A model generated the notes under the pieces. That model searched no databases. It was not told the origin of the DNA and was given only the letters and a program-made list of their open reading frames with translations. A DNA stretch of 64,000 nucleotides from Eledone cirrhosa (taxonomy: Eukaryota), in the NCBI GenBank assembly GCA_964016885.1, contig OZ024746.1, forward strand, positions 26,102,001-26,166,000. The letters are read 5' to 3'. Numbering within the stretch: position 1 is the stretch's first letter; each line of letters starts with the position of its first letter. Positions 53,794 to 64,000 of the stretch are shown here, piece after piece. Made by a program: the position numbers and the translations under genes.

Positions 53794-55376
53794 GTTAGTT
53801 GTGAAATCCATCATCTTTTCAAATAGCTAATAATGTGTGTGGGCACCACTACTACACACATGTGAAAGAATTTGACAGCCAAGTCTTGAAGAAGGTGCTT
53901 TCACCTCCGTGTGGTGGGTTACCCGGCACCAGATACCAACCTGGTATTTATACCCTCGCCCTAATTGTTCGTGTTGCAAGCACAAGAGTAGTCGCTAACC
54001 AAAGCTACGGACCCACTCTATCCGTCTGGAGATACGTTGTACTCAAATTATCCCCATGCCCAAAAAAGGAGATCTTTCTTTAGCCACCAACTATAGAGGA
54101 ATTTCTCTCATGGCAATTGCTGCAAAAATATACAACAAGCTTCTTCTTAACCGCTTAATCCCATTTCTTGAGCCAATCCTTCGTAACAACCAGAATGGAT
54201 TTAGGAGAGGTAGATCAACACTTAACCAGATTCTCTGCCTTCGCCGACTTATAGAGGAGTCCCAAAACCGCAATCTAGACCTTGCACTCATCTTTGTTGA
54301 TTTTTCAAAAGCCTTCGACTCAGTTGACAGGTCGGGGATGTTTGAAATTCTACAACTCTATGGGATTCCTGATAAAATCATTGCGGCCATACGTGTAATG
54401 TATACAGATACCAAATCAACTGTCCTGACCCTAGATGGGGAAACACCACCTTTCTCAATCCTCGCTGGAATTTTACAGGCTGATACCCTTGCTCCGTATC
54501 TATTTATCATTGTTGTGGATTATGTTTTGCGCATGTCTGTGGATAGGATTCAGGATAGGGGATACCAACTACAGCCTAGGAGAAGCTCACGCTACCCAGC
54601 AAAATACTTGACCGACACCGACTTTGCTGACGACATCGCATTGATCAGTCGGTCACTGGAAAATGCTGAGTCTTTTGAAGTCATTAGAGCAAGCGTCCAA
54701 CTGTGTTGGACTGTACCTCAACGAATCCAAGACTGAGTGTGTGAACAGATGCCCAAACTACCCCATCAGAACCCTTAATGGTACCACCCTTAAGCAGGTG
54801 GAAGATTACAAGTATCTTAGCTCATATATCTCCTCCTCCAAAAAAGATTTTCTAACCAGGAAGGGTATGGCATGGTCAGCGTGCAATGACATGCACGCCA
54901 TATGGACATCTCAACTTACCAACAAGCTAAAACTGGAAATATTCCAAGCAACCATTAAGCCCATATTACTTTATGGATCCAAAACTTGGACACTAACATC
55001 ACAACTTGAGAGGAGATTGGATGGCACATATACCCGCCTCTTAATGAGAGTGCAAAACCTATCCTGGAAACGACATCCCACCTTGTCTAAAATCTATGGC
55101 AAACTCCCTCGAGCCTCTGCCCTTCTAAAATCCCGGAGAGCTCAATTTGCTGGCCACTGTCACCGTGCCAGCAATGAAATCATATCCGCTATCTTGCTCT
55201 GGAACCCTGACTCCAGCCTGACTAAGAGTAGGAAGCTGTCATTCCCTGACGTTATCTCTAAGGATACGGGAATCAGCAGACAGGACCTGGGGGCAGCGAT
55301 GGGGGACAGGGGATTCTAGGGCATGTGAGTGAGATCCATCATCTCGACAGTAGTCGACGAGTGATGTGGTGATGTG
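53794..55376 (+). mobile_element. RTE-X/RTE-clade LINE copy lacking the endonuclease region, bounded by TSD
   Basis: 12-bp TSD ATAAAAGAATCA at 53782-53793 and 55377-55388; (GATGT)-like tail; RT ORFs inside. Confidence 0.8.
54056..55319 (+). pseudogene. Frameshifted non-LTR reverse transcriptase
   Basis: PKKGDL..NYRGISL, NQNGFRRGRST, FVDFSKAFDSV, GILQADTLAPYLF, FADDIAL; frameshift near 54670; then YKYLSS, LLYGSKTWTLT, FAGHCHR. Confidence 0.92.
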
Positions 55377-55552
55377 ATAAAAGAATCAATAAATACAAAC
55401 TAATAAATTTGTAGACCTCTAAGGTTTTATTCACCCCCTAAAGTCCTAGAGTCCTGCCTATATGAGAATCCCTAGCTTATGAATTCCTTCATAATAAAGG
55501 AAATATTTGTAAAGTTTGTTAGACAAATCAATTGCTAAGGATATATATATAG

Positions 55553-55589
<37 letters not shown>

Positions 55590-56014
55590 TACAAACAATT
55601 TATAAACATCTATACATATATATATATATATATATACAAGTAGTAATATAAACAAATACATTCTTCCAATGAAAGTAATTAAAGTTGAAACAAATTCCAT
55701 TGTCGAGCTACAATTAAATGTCTGTTGTGATAATTTCAAACTGATTGCATCTCTCATTGTCTGTCAATCAGGTGTCACATAAAACTGATTCTGTTTTGCT
55801 TTTAGCTTAAACTGTATTGGAAATTAATAGTAGCTTATTGATAACATCTTAATCCAGTCTGCTAATCAATCAATTGTCATTATCAAGTGAGAAAATACAG
55901 AAATAGGTTTTAAATATATATTCATCAATCTGAATTTTTGGAAATATAAATGAAGACTAACTGCTAATTAGTTAATGTCTTTAGTAAGGTCAATATAACA
56001 TTACAGACATTGGT

Positions 56015-56695
56015 CTAGGTACAGTACCACTACATCTGGTACAGTAAGACACCATCTGGTACACAACACCACATCTGGTATGCAGTACCACAACATCTAG
56101 TACAGTACTATTACAGTTGGTATACAATACCACATCTAGTACGCAATACCACTACAGCTCGTACAGTACCATTACATCTGGTATGGTACCATTACACCTG
56201 GTACAGTGCCATTAAATCTGGTACAGCACCACTACATCTGATACAGTACCACTAAATCAGATACAGTACCACTAAATCTGATACAGTACCACTAAATCTG
56301 ATACAGTACCACTAAATCAGATACAGTACCACTAAATCTGATACAGTACCACTACATCTGATACAGTACCACTACATCTGATACAGTACCTCTACATCTG
56401 GTACAATACCATTACATCTGGCATAGTACCAATACATCTGGTATAGTACCAATACATCTGGTATAGTACCAATACATCTGGTATAGTACCAATACATCTG
56501 GTATAGTACCAATACATCTGGTATAGTACCAATACATCTGGTATAGTACCAATACATCTGGTATAGTACCAATACATCTGGTATAGTACCATTACATCTG
56601 GTATAGTACCATTACATCTTGTACAGTGCTATAACATCTAGTTCAGCACCACTACACCTAGTACAGTACTACTACATCTGGTATAGTACCATTAA
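56015..56695. repeat. 20-bp minisatellite (CTGGTATAGTACCAATACAT)n
   Basis: About 34 units with locally homogenised blocks. Confidence 0.93.
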
Positions 56696-57351
56696 ATGTG
56701 ACACTAAACTGAAGCAGTATCCTAAAATCTTACACTAAATTCATAACTTGTAAACAAAAACATCTTACATAGAGTATTAGGATCAGGTGACAAGATCACA
56801 TGACCAAGAAGAGTGAAACAAATGGCTAATTTAGCATGAATTGGTAGCTTTATAAGATCGTCATGCCGGAGAGGATTGGAAGACATCTATAGATGAGATA
56901 GAAGCCTTGTTTGGGATGCACCCAATTGAATGACAGATAACAAAAGAAGAAGAGGGGGACCATGAGAAATATAGCTAAGAAGGATGCAAGATTGGTGTGT
57001 TTGGTGAAACTTCATCAAAACCTTAGGCATGTAAAAAGGTTAAAACTACTTCATTTTATTACCACTTTCCATGCTGGCATAGGTTGGATGAGTTGACACT
57101 GTCTAAAACAAGACAAGCCAAGGAGGGGGTGGGGGAAAATGCTCATACGCTCCATTTTTGGCACGAGTTCTATGACTGGATGACCTTCCGAATGTCAACC
57201 ACTTTACAGAATGTACTGGGTGCATTTTATGCCTCAACATTACTACTAATAAGGTCATTGTGACCTCGGCATGGAAGTGGGTGGGGTTAGTTGATGGAGA
57301 GTATGATAGAAGAGGCCCTGTGGAGGGAGCAATGGTAGCTTCATATATCTC

Positions 57352-57387
<36 letters not shown>

Positions 57388-58058
57388 AAAGGTGGGAATA
57401 TAGGGGTGCAAATATGGGGTGGTGGATGTAAGATGACATCGGAAAGATGGAGTGGTGTCAGAGGGTTGTGTTGGTGGAAGAGGGAACACACCATAAAATT
57501 GGAGGGAGGGGGTAGAAATTAATTGTATCCCTCTTTATGTGTGCAGCATGGAGCAAATGAGAAAACAAGCAGGTGAGAAGGCAGCACTCAGAGAATTTGG
57601 GAAAAGAAGAAAAAAAAAAATCAATGAGATGTATTTCAAGAGATGTATACGGAACTATCTTAATTTTAACAACATAATTCTAATTTCCAGCATGATTTGC
57701 TTAATTTTAATGAAGTTGATCTTGTTTTTTCAAGTCTTTCTTTTTTTTCTTTTTCTTGAAAGTCCCTAACAAAGTGTGAAGCCTCTTAGTGTCAGGGACT
57801 ATGAAGAATAAGATATTAAGACAAAAGAAATTAATTTACTTTAAACTTGAAAGAGTTCAAGTCATGAGGAGGAAAGCAAGGAATGATAAAATCTGGGATG
57901 GTATTTGCAACAAAATTTTAATTAAATATTTATGGAAAGTTAACCATATTTCTCTATAATCCCCAGGTATAAAATAAATTAGGTGTGTCTCATGCCTCAT
58001 AATGACTTTGTTACGATATTTCAAATAATTTTGAAAATAATCAAGAATTTGGAGGAAT

Positions 58059-58284
58059 TTAAACTTTTAGCATTTAAACCAGCCTTATCCAGCCAGAATT
58101 CTCTCACCTCTTTCTATTCAAATGAGCCGTAACCAGCTGCTCATATTTATGTTAAGGTATCGTTCTCAAAATAAATATCAAAATTTCATAGATTCGATAT
58201 TATGTGAGATAATTATGTGAGAAAAAGTGTTTACTGTGAAAATACAATAGTAAATATAGAGTAATATAAATACTAAAGGGTTAA
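58059..58284 (-). mobile_element. TTAA piggyBac-like MITE nested in the larger TTAA MITE (ends at 58456)
   Basis: Reverse complement of 21235-21458; flanks homologous to 43745-43973. Confidence 0.75.
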
Positions 58285-58729
58285 TAATATAACTAACTTT
58301 CTCATTATTTAGCCGATGTTTGGAACATTAGTTGACAAATGCTCTTATCTAAAAACCTCTCATCATGATTTTATGTAAGTATAAACACTTTGAATAAACA
58401 ATTTCATATCATAGACCAAGAGGCAGTTTCAAGTAGTTTGCTATCAAAAGGGTTAATGATGCCAAACCAGATATTGCTGTTCACAAACCATAATATTACA
58501 CAATACATGTCATCCATCATAAATAATTATATTCTCTTTTCCCAAGTTGTATGTTTTAATTTCGACAAAAAGGAAAATAGAAAATTTTCCATCTGCAATG
58601 TGAAATAAAGTGTCTTATTCAAGGACACAAAGCTTATTGGTTAAAGCTTGTAGCCTTTATATAATCTCCAAGAATTTTAAGGGCTGTACCCCAGCATGGT
58701 CTCAGTTGGATGGCTGGAACAGATAAGAG

Positions 58730-58775
<46 letters not shown>

Positions 58776-58829
58776 GATGTGTGTATGCGTGTGTGTTTGT
58801 ATATATATATATACATAAACACACACGTT

Positions 58830-59021
58830 TATCCCTGGTTCAATCAGGGGTGACCATAGTAAGTAAGGTACTCAATACAAAGCACAGTATAAATATTTAA
58901 TATAGAAAAGCTTCTACAGGACTAGAACTGTTTCATTCGTGAGAAATCATCAGGAGCTTCCATATGATTTCTCACGAATGAAACAGTTCTAGTCCTGTAC
59001 AAGCTTTTCTATATTAAATAT
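58830..59021. mobile_element. Fold-back hammerhead element (family C)
   Basis: 58894-58950 is the reverse complement of 58964-59021; homologous to 36295-36590. Confidence 0.8.
58908..58959 (-). ncRNA. Type-I hammerhead ribozyme motif
   Basis: Minus strand: AAGCTC-CTGATGA-TTTC.TCAC.GAAT-GAAA-CAG.TTCTAGTC.CTG-TA-GAAGCTT; GUA cleavage triplet. Confidence 0.7.
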
Positions 59022-59654
59022 ATATATGTATATATACAGATGTGTGTATGTGTGTGTGTTTGTATATGTATATATATATGTGTGTGCGTATGTTCCTGGG
59101 TGTTTTTGTTTGTCCTGTAACGTAGCAGTTCAACAAAAGGAGATCAATAAAATAAGTCCTGACGTCTATGATTGATTTTAAAGCAGCGCCCCAGCATGTC
59201 CACACTCTAATGATAGAAACCCACAAAAGAGTAAAACAATGAATAGATTAAACATGGTTCTCTGAAAAGTGTTTTTATTTATTTACCCTCTTTTATTTTA
59301 TAGCCAGATAAATGCCCTTCTTTGCACCAACCCCTTTATTCACCTCTTACAACACAGGGATATGGGGTACCTATTCTAAGCCACATTTACTATCCCTATA
59401 TTTGTAGTTTATTCACAGAATTAGTTCATTATTCTATTGTCAATTAATCATCATCATTATTAATTATACCAATATAAATTCTACATTTTTATAGAATCAT
59501 TTAGATCAAAAAAATCTAGCAGAGATTAGTCTAAGAAAACAAATGGTTATATAATGACTTGATTTTCTCAGATTGTTTCCTAATTCAGACAGTAATGATG
59601 GGGTAATTATTCAAGAGTTTTAAAGCTAATAAGTTTATAATTATCATTTATTTA

Positions 59655-59915
59655 ACATCATCATCATCATCATCATTTTTAGCTCAGTTTTTTCCATGCT
59701 TGCATCGGTTGGATGGGTCCTTTTCAGCATGTCATCCCTCCATTTGTTATGTTCCTTCCTCATCTCCTCTAGGAGTCTCAGTGATTTGAGATCAGCTCTC
59801 ACTACTTCTGCCCAGGTCGTTCTTGGTCTACCTCTACTGTGGCTTCCACTGGGATTTCCTGGCACTTCTTCACTCACCCACTGCTCATCATCCATATGCA
59901 TCACATGGTTATCCA
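59655..59915 (-). mobile_element. RTE-clade LINE 3' fragment
   Basis: SRGRPRTTWAEVVRADLKSL...KWRD; (CAT)n tail. Confidence 0.8.
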
Positions 59916-60800
59916 AACATGGCATGCTTCGAACTATGTTTAACTCATGCCAACATGGAAAGCAGACATAAAATGATGAAGGTGATAGTAGGTAGATTTT
60001 AGATACTTATTTCTGACATTGGTACAAAGCCAGAAATTTGGGGATGGGAAAGTCAATTATATCGACCCCAGTACTTAACAGTCAGAAAAATATACTGAAT
60101 ATACTCAAATATAAGCTGATCTGAATATAAGCACCCGACCTATTTTATGTCTGAGTAGGTAAAAATCCAAGCCCTGTTTATAAACCAAAGCAGCTAATCA
60201 ACACATTGTTTAGATGGTATATCCAAGCCAACCTTCCATTTAACCATCAATTTTTTTTTGGTCACATAATCCTCAGCTTATATTCAAGTATATATGTTAA
60301 CAGATACCATTAAACATTTGTTTGACACTAACAATCCTGCCAATCCCTCACCTTGGATAGATTACAGATAAATCTCATCCTATCAACAAGAAAATAACTA
60401 CCAAAGGTTTTCTCTTGTTACAACCATGAAGTACTGTCGGATATGTTTAAGTCTCTTGTAAACTACGATTTCTTCAGTTGACAAATGAAACCTGTGTGAT
60501 TGCATAATCTGCTAGAAATAACAGTTAAATCTCCCTAAAATAACACTATAGAAATAACAGTTAAATCTCTCTCAAATAATGCTATACTATTTAGAAATAA
60601 CAGTTAGCTCTCTCTCAAATAACACTATATACTACCTTAAATAAATTGGATTAGGTTATCCTAGATACATTATGTCCCAAAATATGATGAGATGGTCATA
60701 GCTGGAATGCTTTTGATCAGTGGTCTGCTAGATCATGGCTGATCTAGGGCTAAACAACAACAACTTAAACAGATTCAAGTCAACAAGGGAGCTTCTATGC

Positions 60801-60953
60801 CAGTTATGGGCAAACAGCGACCTGCAAGCTGTTTAGCTTTCTGAATGGCACATTTAATCTAAAAGTTACCTTGGACTTTTTAGTAGTGCAGCCTGCTTTA
60901 TGATGAGCCACATCCTATGCTGACCACTGCTCGAAAAAGGGTGCCCATGCTTG
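60801..60953. mobile_element. Decayed hAT-type MITE
   Basis: CAGTTATGGGCAAAC / GGGTGCCCATGCTTG ends; imperfect 8-bp flanks TTCTATGC / CTTTATGT. Confidence 0.45.
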
Positions 60954-61384
60954 CTTTATGTGTTTGTTCAGCTTGCTAGAAATAGCAGTCAAATCTCTCT
61001 TAAATTACATTCTACTGTTACAAATATAGAAAGAACATATTGGATAATGTAGTTCTACAATCAGACTAGATGGTGATGGTTGAAATACCTTTGAAAATAG
61101 GTCTTTATAATTAACCCTGACCTGTAGCTAAGCAATAACAACCAAAAACAGATTCCTAACTTCATGCTCAGACATGATTTTGCATGAAGACTAATGTGAT
61201 TATCTTAATTACGTTAGATATATGCTAATTAAGATATTCATGCTAATCCACCTTAATAGTAATCCTTCTCTAGCCATCCTGACAAGAGAAGGATCAGATA
61301 TATTTTCTAAAGGAATAATTAAGGGTAATTTAACATCAACAATGTGCTGCTTAATATTTTAACCTTTCCAATAATATATTTCCA

Positions 61385-61832
61385 AGATCTTTGGCGCTAC
61401 GCAGTAATACAGAAAACCCGCCTTGCCTAAGTACAAAGCAAAACCTACAGTCAGTAGGCACCTCTTAATCAAATATACACCCCCATCCCACTCCACCAAC
61501 TCCCCACCCCCACCAACATCAACACCACCCCTTTCTCTGTAAAGTTATGTTGGTACCACAACATCCAGTCCTAAATAAATGAGGTTGTGTAGGTGTCACA
61601 ACAAAAAAACACAGTCCACACTGTAATGTGGCCGTGTAGGTAACACGGTAAAAACCTTCCAGTCCACACTGTAAACGTGGTTGGTGTTAGGAAGGGCATC
61701 CAGCCGTAGAAAACCTGCCAGACAGTCCCATACGAGTGAGACGACCAATCTTGCCTCAAGTGGGACAATTCCCGTCTAAACCCATGCTAGCGTGGAAGAT
61801 AGATGTTAAACGATGATGATGATGATAATGAT
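61385..61832 (+). mobile_element. RTE-clade LINE 3' fragment
   Basis: Reverse-complement homolog of 33100-33575; (GAT)n tail. Confidence 0.85.
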
Positions 61833-62659
61833 TATATATATATATATATATATATAAAATACTCCGTGATCTCTTCTGGACCTATGTACCATATTGGCCT
61901 GCTTAAATATTTATGCTATACGATTCAAAAGATGAGCCAAACTCTCTGGTGAGCAGCTTTCTTGTTTAAGCATTCATTCCTGATATACATAAACAAAACC
62001 TTATCTACCTTCACATTATATATATATATATATATGATGGTATTTAATTCATATATGTCATACATTTTTAGCACTTATTTAGACACATACACTAAGATTT
62101 TAAGAGTCATTAGCACTTACTTTGTCAGAATATCAAAATGATTTGTCTGATATTCCTTTATCTTACCTCTTCAGGTCAATGTTTCATTGTTTCACTTATT
62201 TTATTTTACTATTTAGTCAGGGAGTGAAGGGTAGGGCCAATGACTCTTTTCAGGACCTTAAAGACTGGTAGGAGGAATGGACAGTGCCTGTGACCCTTAT
62301 CAAGGCCTCAAAGACTGTTTGAGTGAGAAGAAATTATCCTTATACAGGATACCAGGTTCAAATGCTTCCAAAAGAGTTGACTCTGGCAAAGGTGACCAAT
62401 GATGTTAGACTGAGTTATAGAGTATGTCTATTCCACAAATAGGCCAGGGTGAGATTTGAACTCAGAACACAAATAGTCAGAACTAATACCTCAATAAATC
62501 TTACTTGACACTAACAATTCCACCAATCCACTGGCTTGGACTGGTATTTTGTCTTATTGCACTTGAAAAGATAAAAGGCAAAGTTGACCTCAGCAGAGGG
62601 CAGAACCAATACAAAAATGTTAATGACCCAAAAACCTTCTGAGATCTAGAATGGCTTTT

Positions 62660-62950
62660 ACATTAATGTCTGACTACTACACAGTAAACACCCACTAAAA
62701 TGTCCTACTATTAGATAGCACACACTCATTAAATTCTCCTACTATTACATATAACACATCTATTAAAATGTTCAGCTAATACACAGCACAAACCCATTAA
62801 ATTGACCCACTATTGCAGAGCATACGGCTATTAAATTATCCAACTCTTGCATATCACACAGCCATTAAATTGTCCCATTACATACCACAACCCCATTAAA
62901 ATGTCACATTACTACATACCAAATACCTATTAAAATGTCACACTAATACA
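62660..62950. repeat. Degenerate ~33-40-bp minisatellite (CCCATTAAAATGTC core)
   Basis: About 8 recurring ATTAAA(A/T)T motifs with ACTA/CACA spacers. Confidence 0.65.
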
Positions 62951-63779
62951 ACAATATGTTTGAAGCAACTATAGATTTGTGTGTAAAACCACTTGCTTTC
63001 TGCCTGCCTGCCCATGCTCTCTCTCGTTCTCTCATATTTATGTGTGCTACGTGTGCGTGTGCGTGTGTGTGTGTGTCAGTTTCTCTTAGATATGTCTTTT
63101 TCTCACACTCACAAACACACACATAATATCAATTTTCATTTCCTCTCCTCAACCGTCTTAGGCTCAAATAACAGCACCACTCTCCCCCCCAGTCCTCAGT
63201 CTCTATGACTCTTCACCTCGTTTCGAAGCATTCTTTATTCAACTAAATCAAAAGTTATTTTATGTTTGTAGCCAGCCACAGAGTAGTTTATAGTCAATTA
63301 ATTTAAGAGTGTCACAGTTTCCATCCATCCTTCTCCTCTTATCTCACTGAGCAACCATCTTATCTTTTCTCTTATTAAGCAATAATCACCCGGCTGAGCA
63401 GTCTAACATAACAAACGGTAATATGGGAGGAATCAAAGTAAAACTAATTTGCCATTATTAAGCCAATAACTTTAACATTTTTCTCCTCATAATCACCTTT
63501 GTGTCTGTGTTGTTGTGTCTGTCTGTCCATCCGCCCGCTCTCTTTCTACTAACACTAACATAACATGTCAGCTAGAGATTAGCGGACTTGATTATACATC
63601 ACAAGTCTTGTAAAAGTTGCAATGTTATAATTAAGGACAATAACATTTCAGTGAAGAGATTCTGTTGAATTATATTGTTTTATATGACACACTTCTGGTA
63701 ATAAATAATCTAACCACAGGCTATAGTGCTAACCTGTTGTAGTTAAACAATCTGGATTGTTCACTGAAAATATCTGTCT

Positions 63780-63845
63780 TGTTAGTAACCATGTAAACCA
63801 TTGTTAGTAACCATGTAAACCATTGTTAGTAACCATGTAAACCAT
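63780..63845. repeat. 22-bp tandem x3 (TGTTAGTAACCATGTAAACCAT)
   Basis: Directly visible. Confidence 0.9.
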
Positions 63846-64000
63846 TTAAGTAATTTTCTAATTAGGTTAACCCTTTACATACCAGACTGCCTGAAAATGC
63901 CTTTGGTTTTACGATGCAAAACTGCATATTTGAAAGTATTTGTATTTATCTAAATATAAAGACTCCATCAAAATTTTATGTAAGAACCTTTGCTAAGTTT

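Noticed and set aside
56372-56592. Repetitive ORFs (YQMYWYYTRCIGTIPD)n
   Set aside because: Translation of a 20-bp minisatellite.
14528-59021. Palindromes as long-read fold-back artefacts
   Set aside because: Most arm pairs differ by substitutions or indels, have spacers, recur as families at separate loci and share one polarity. An artefact cannot be excluded for the perfect one at 47080.

Overview
AT-rich, repeat-saturated eukaryotic non-coding DNA. It is most likely an octopus (cephalopod) intron or intergenic region; this is inferred from the huge (TA)n/(CA)n arrays, Nin/Deu- and CORE/Meta-type tRNA SINEs and RTE-clade LINE ends with (GAT)n tails. No host protein-coding gene could be supported, and most ORF-track entries are microsatellite translations. 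Recognisable content: RTE/RTE-X LINE fragments (the largest a frameshifted RT at 54056-55319 inside a TSD-bounded copy), a decayed EN+RT LINE hit by a hAT MITE and a TTAA MITE, several MITE families, a 61-bp satellite of about 39 copies, and minisatellites. The most striking signal is a dense set of short, ORF-less elements from several unrelated sequence families, inserted in (TA)n tracts. They carry minimal type-I hammerhead ribozyme motifs (CUGANGA...GAAA-N-palindromic tetraloop-N-UH, as described for Penelope-like elements and retrozymes). Most form fold-back palindromes with the same polarity: ribozyme-sense strands point outward into the TA repeats, and the inversion junction often lies at the CUGANGA box. 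One family occurs as about 620-bp terminally redundant, circularly permuted monomers. All RNA structures were read by eye, not computed.
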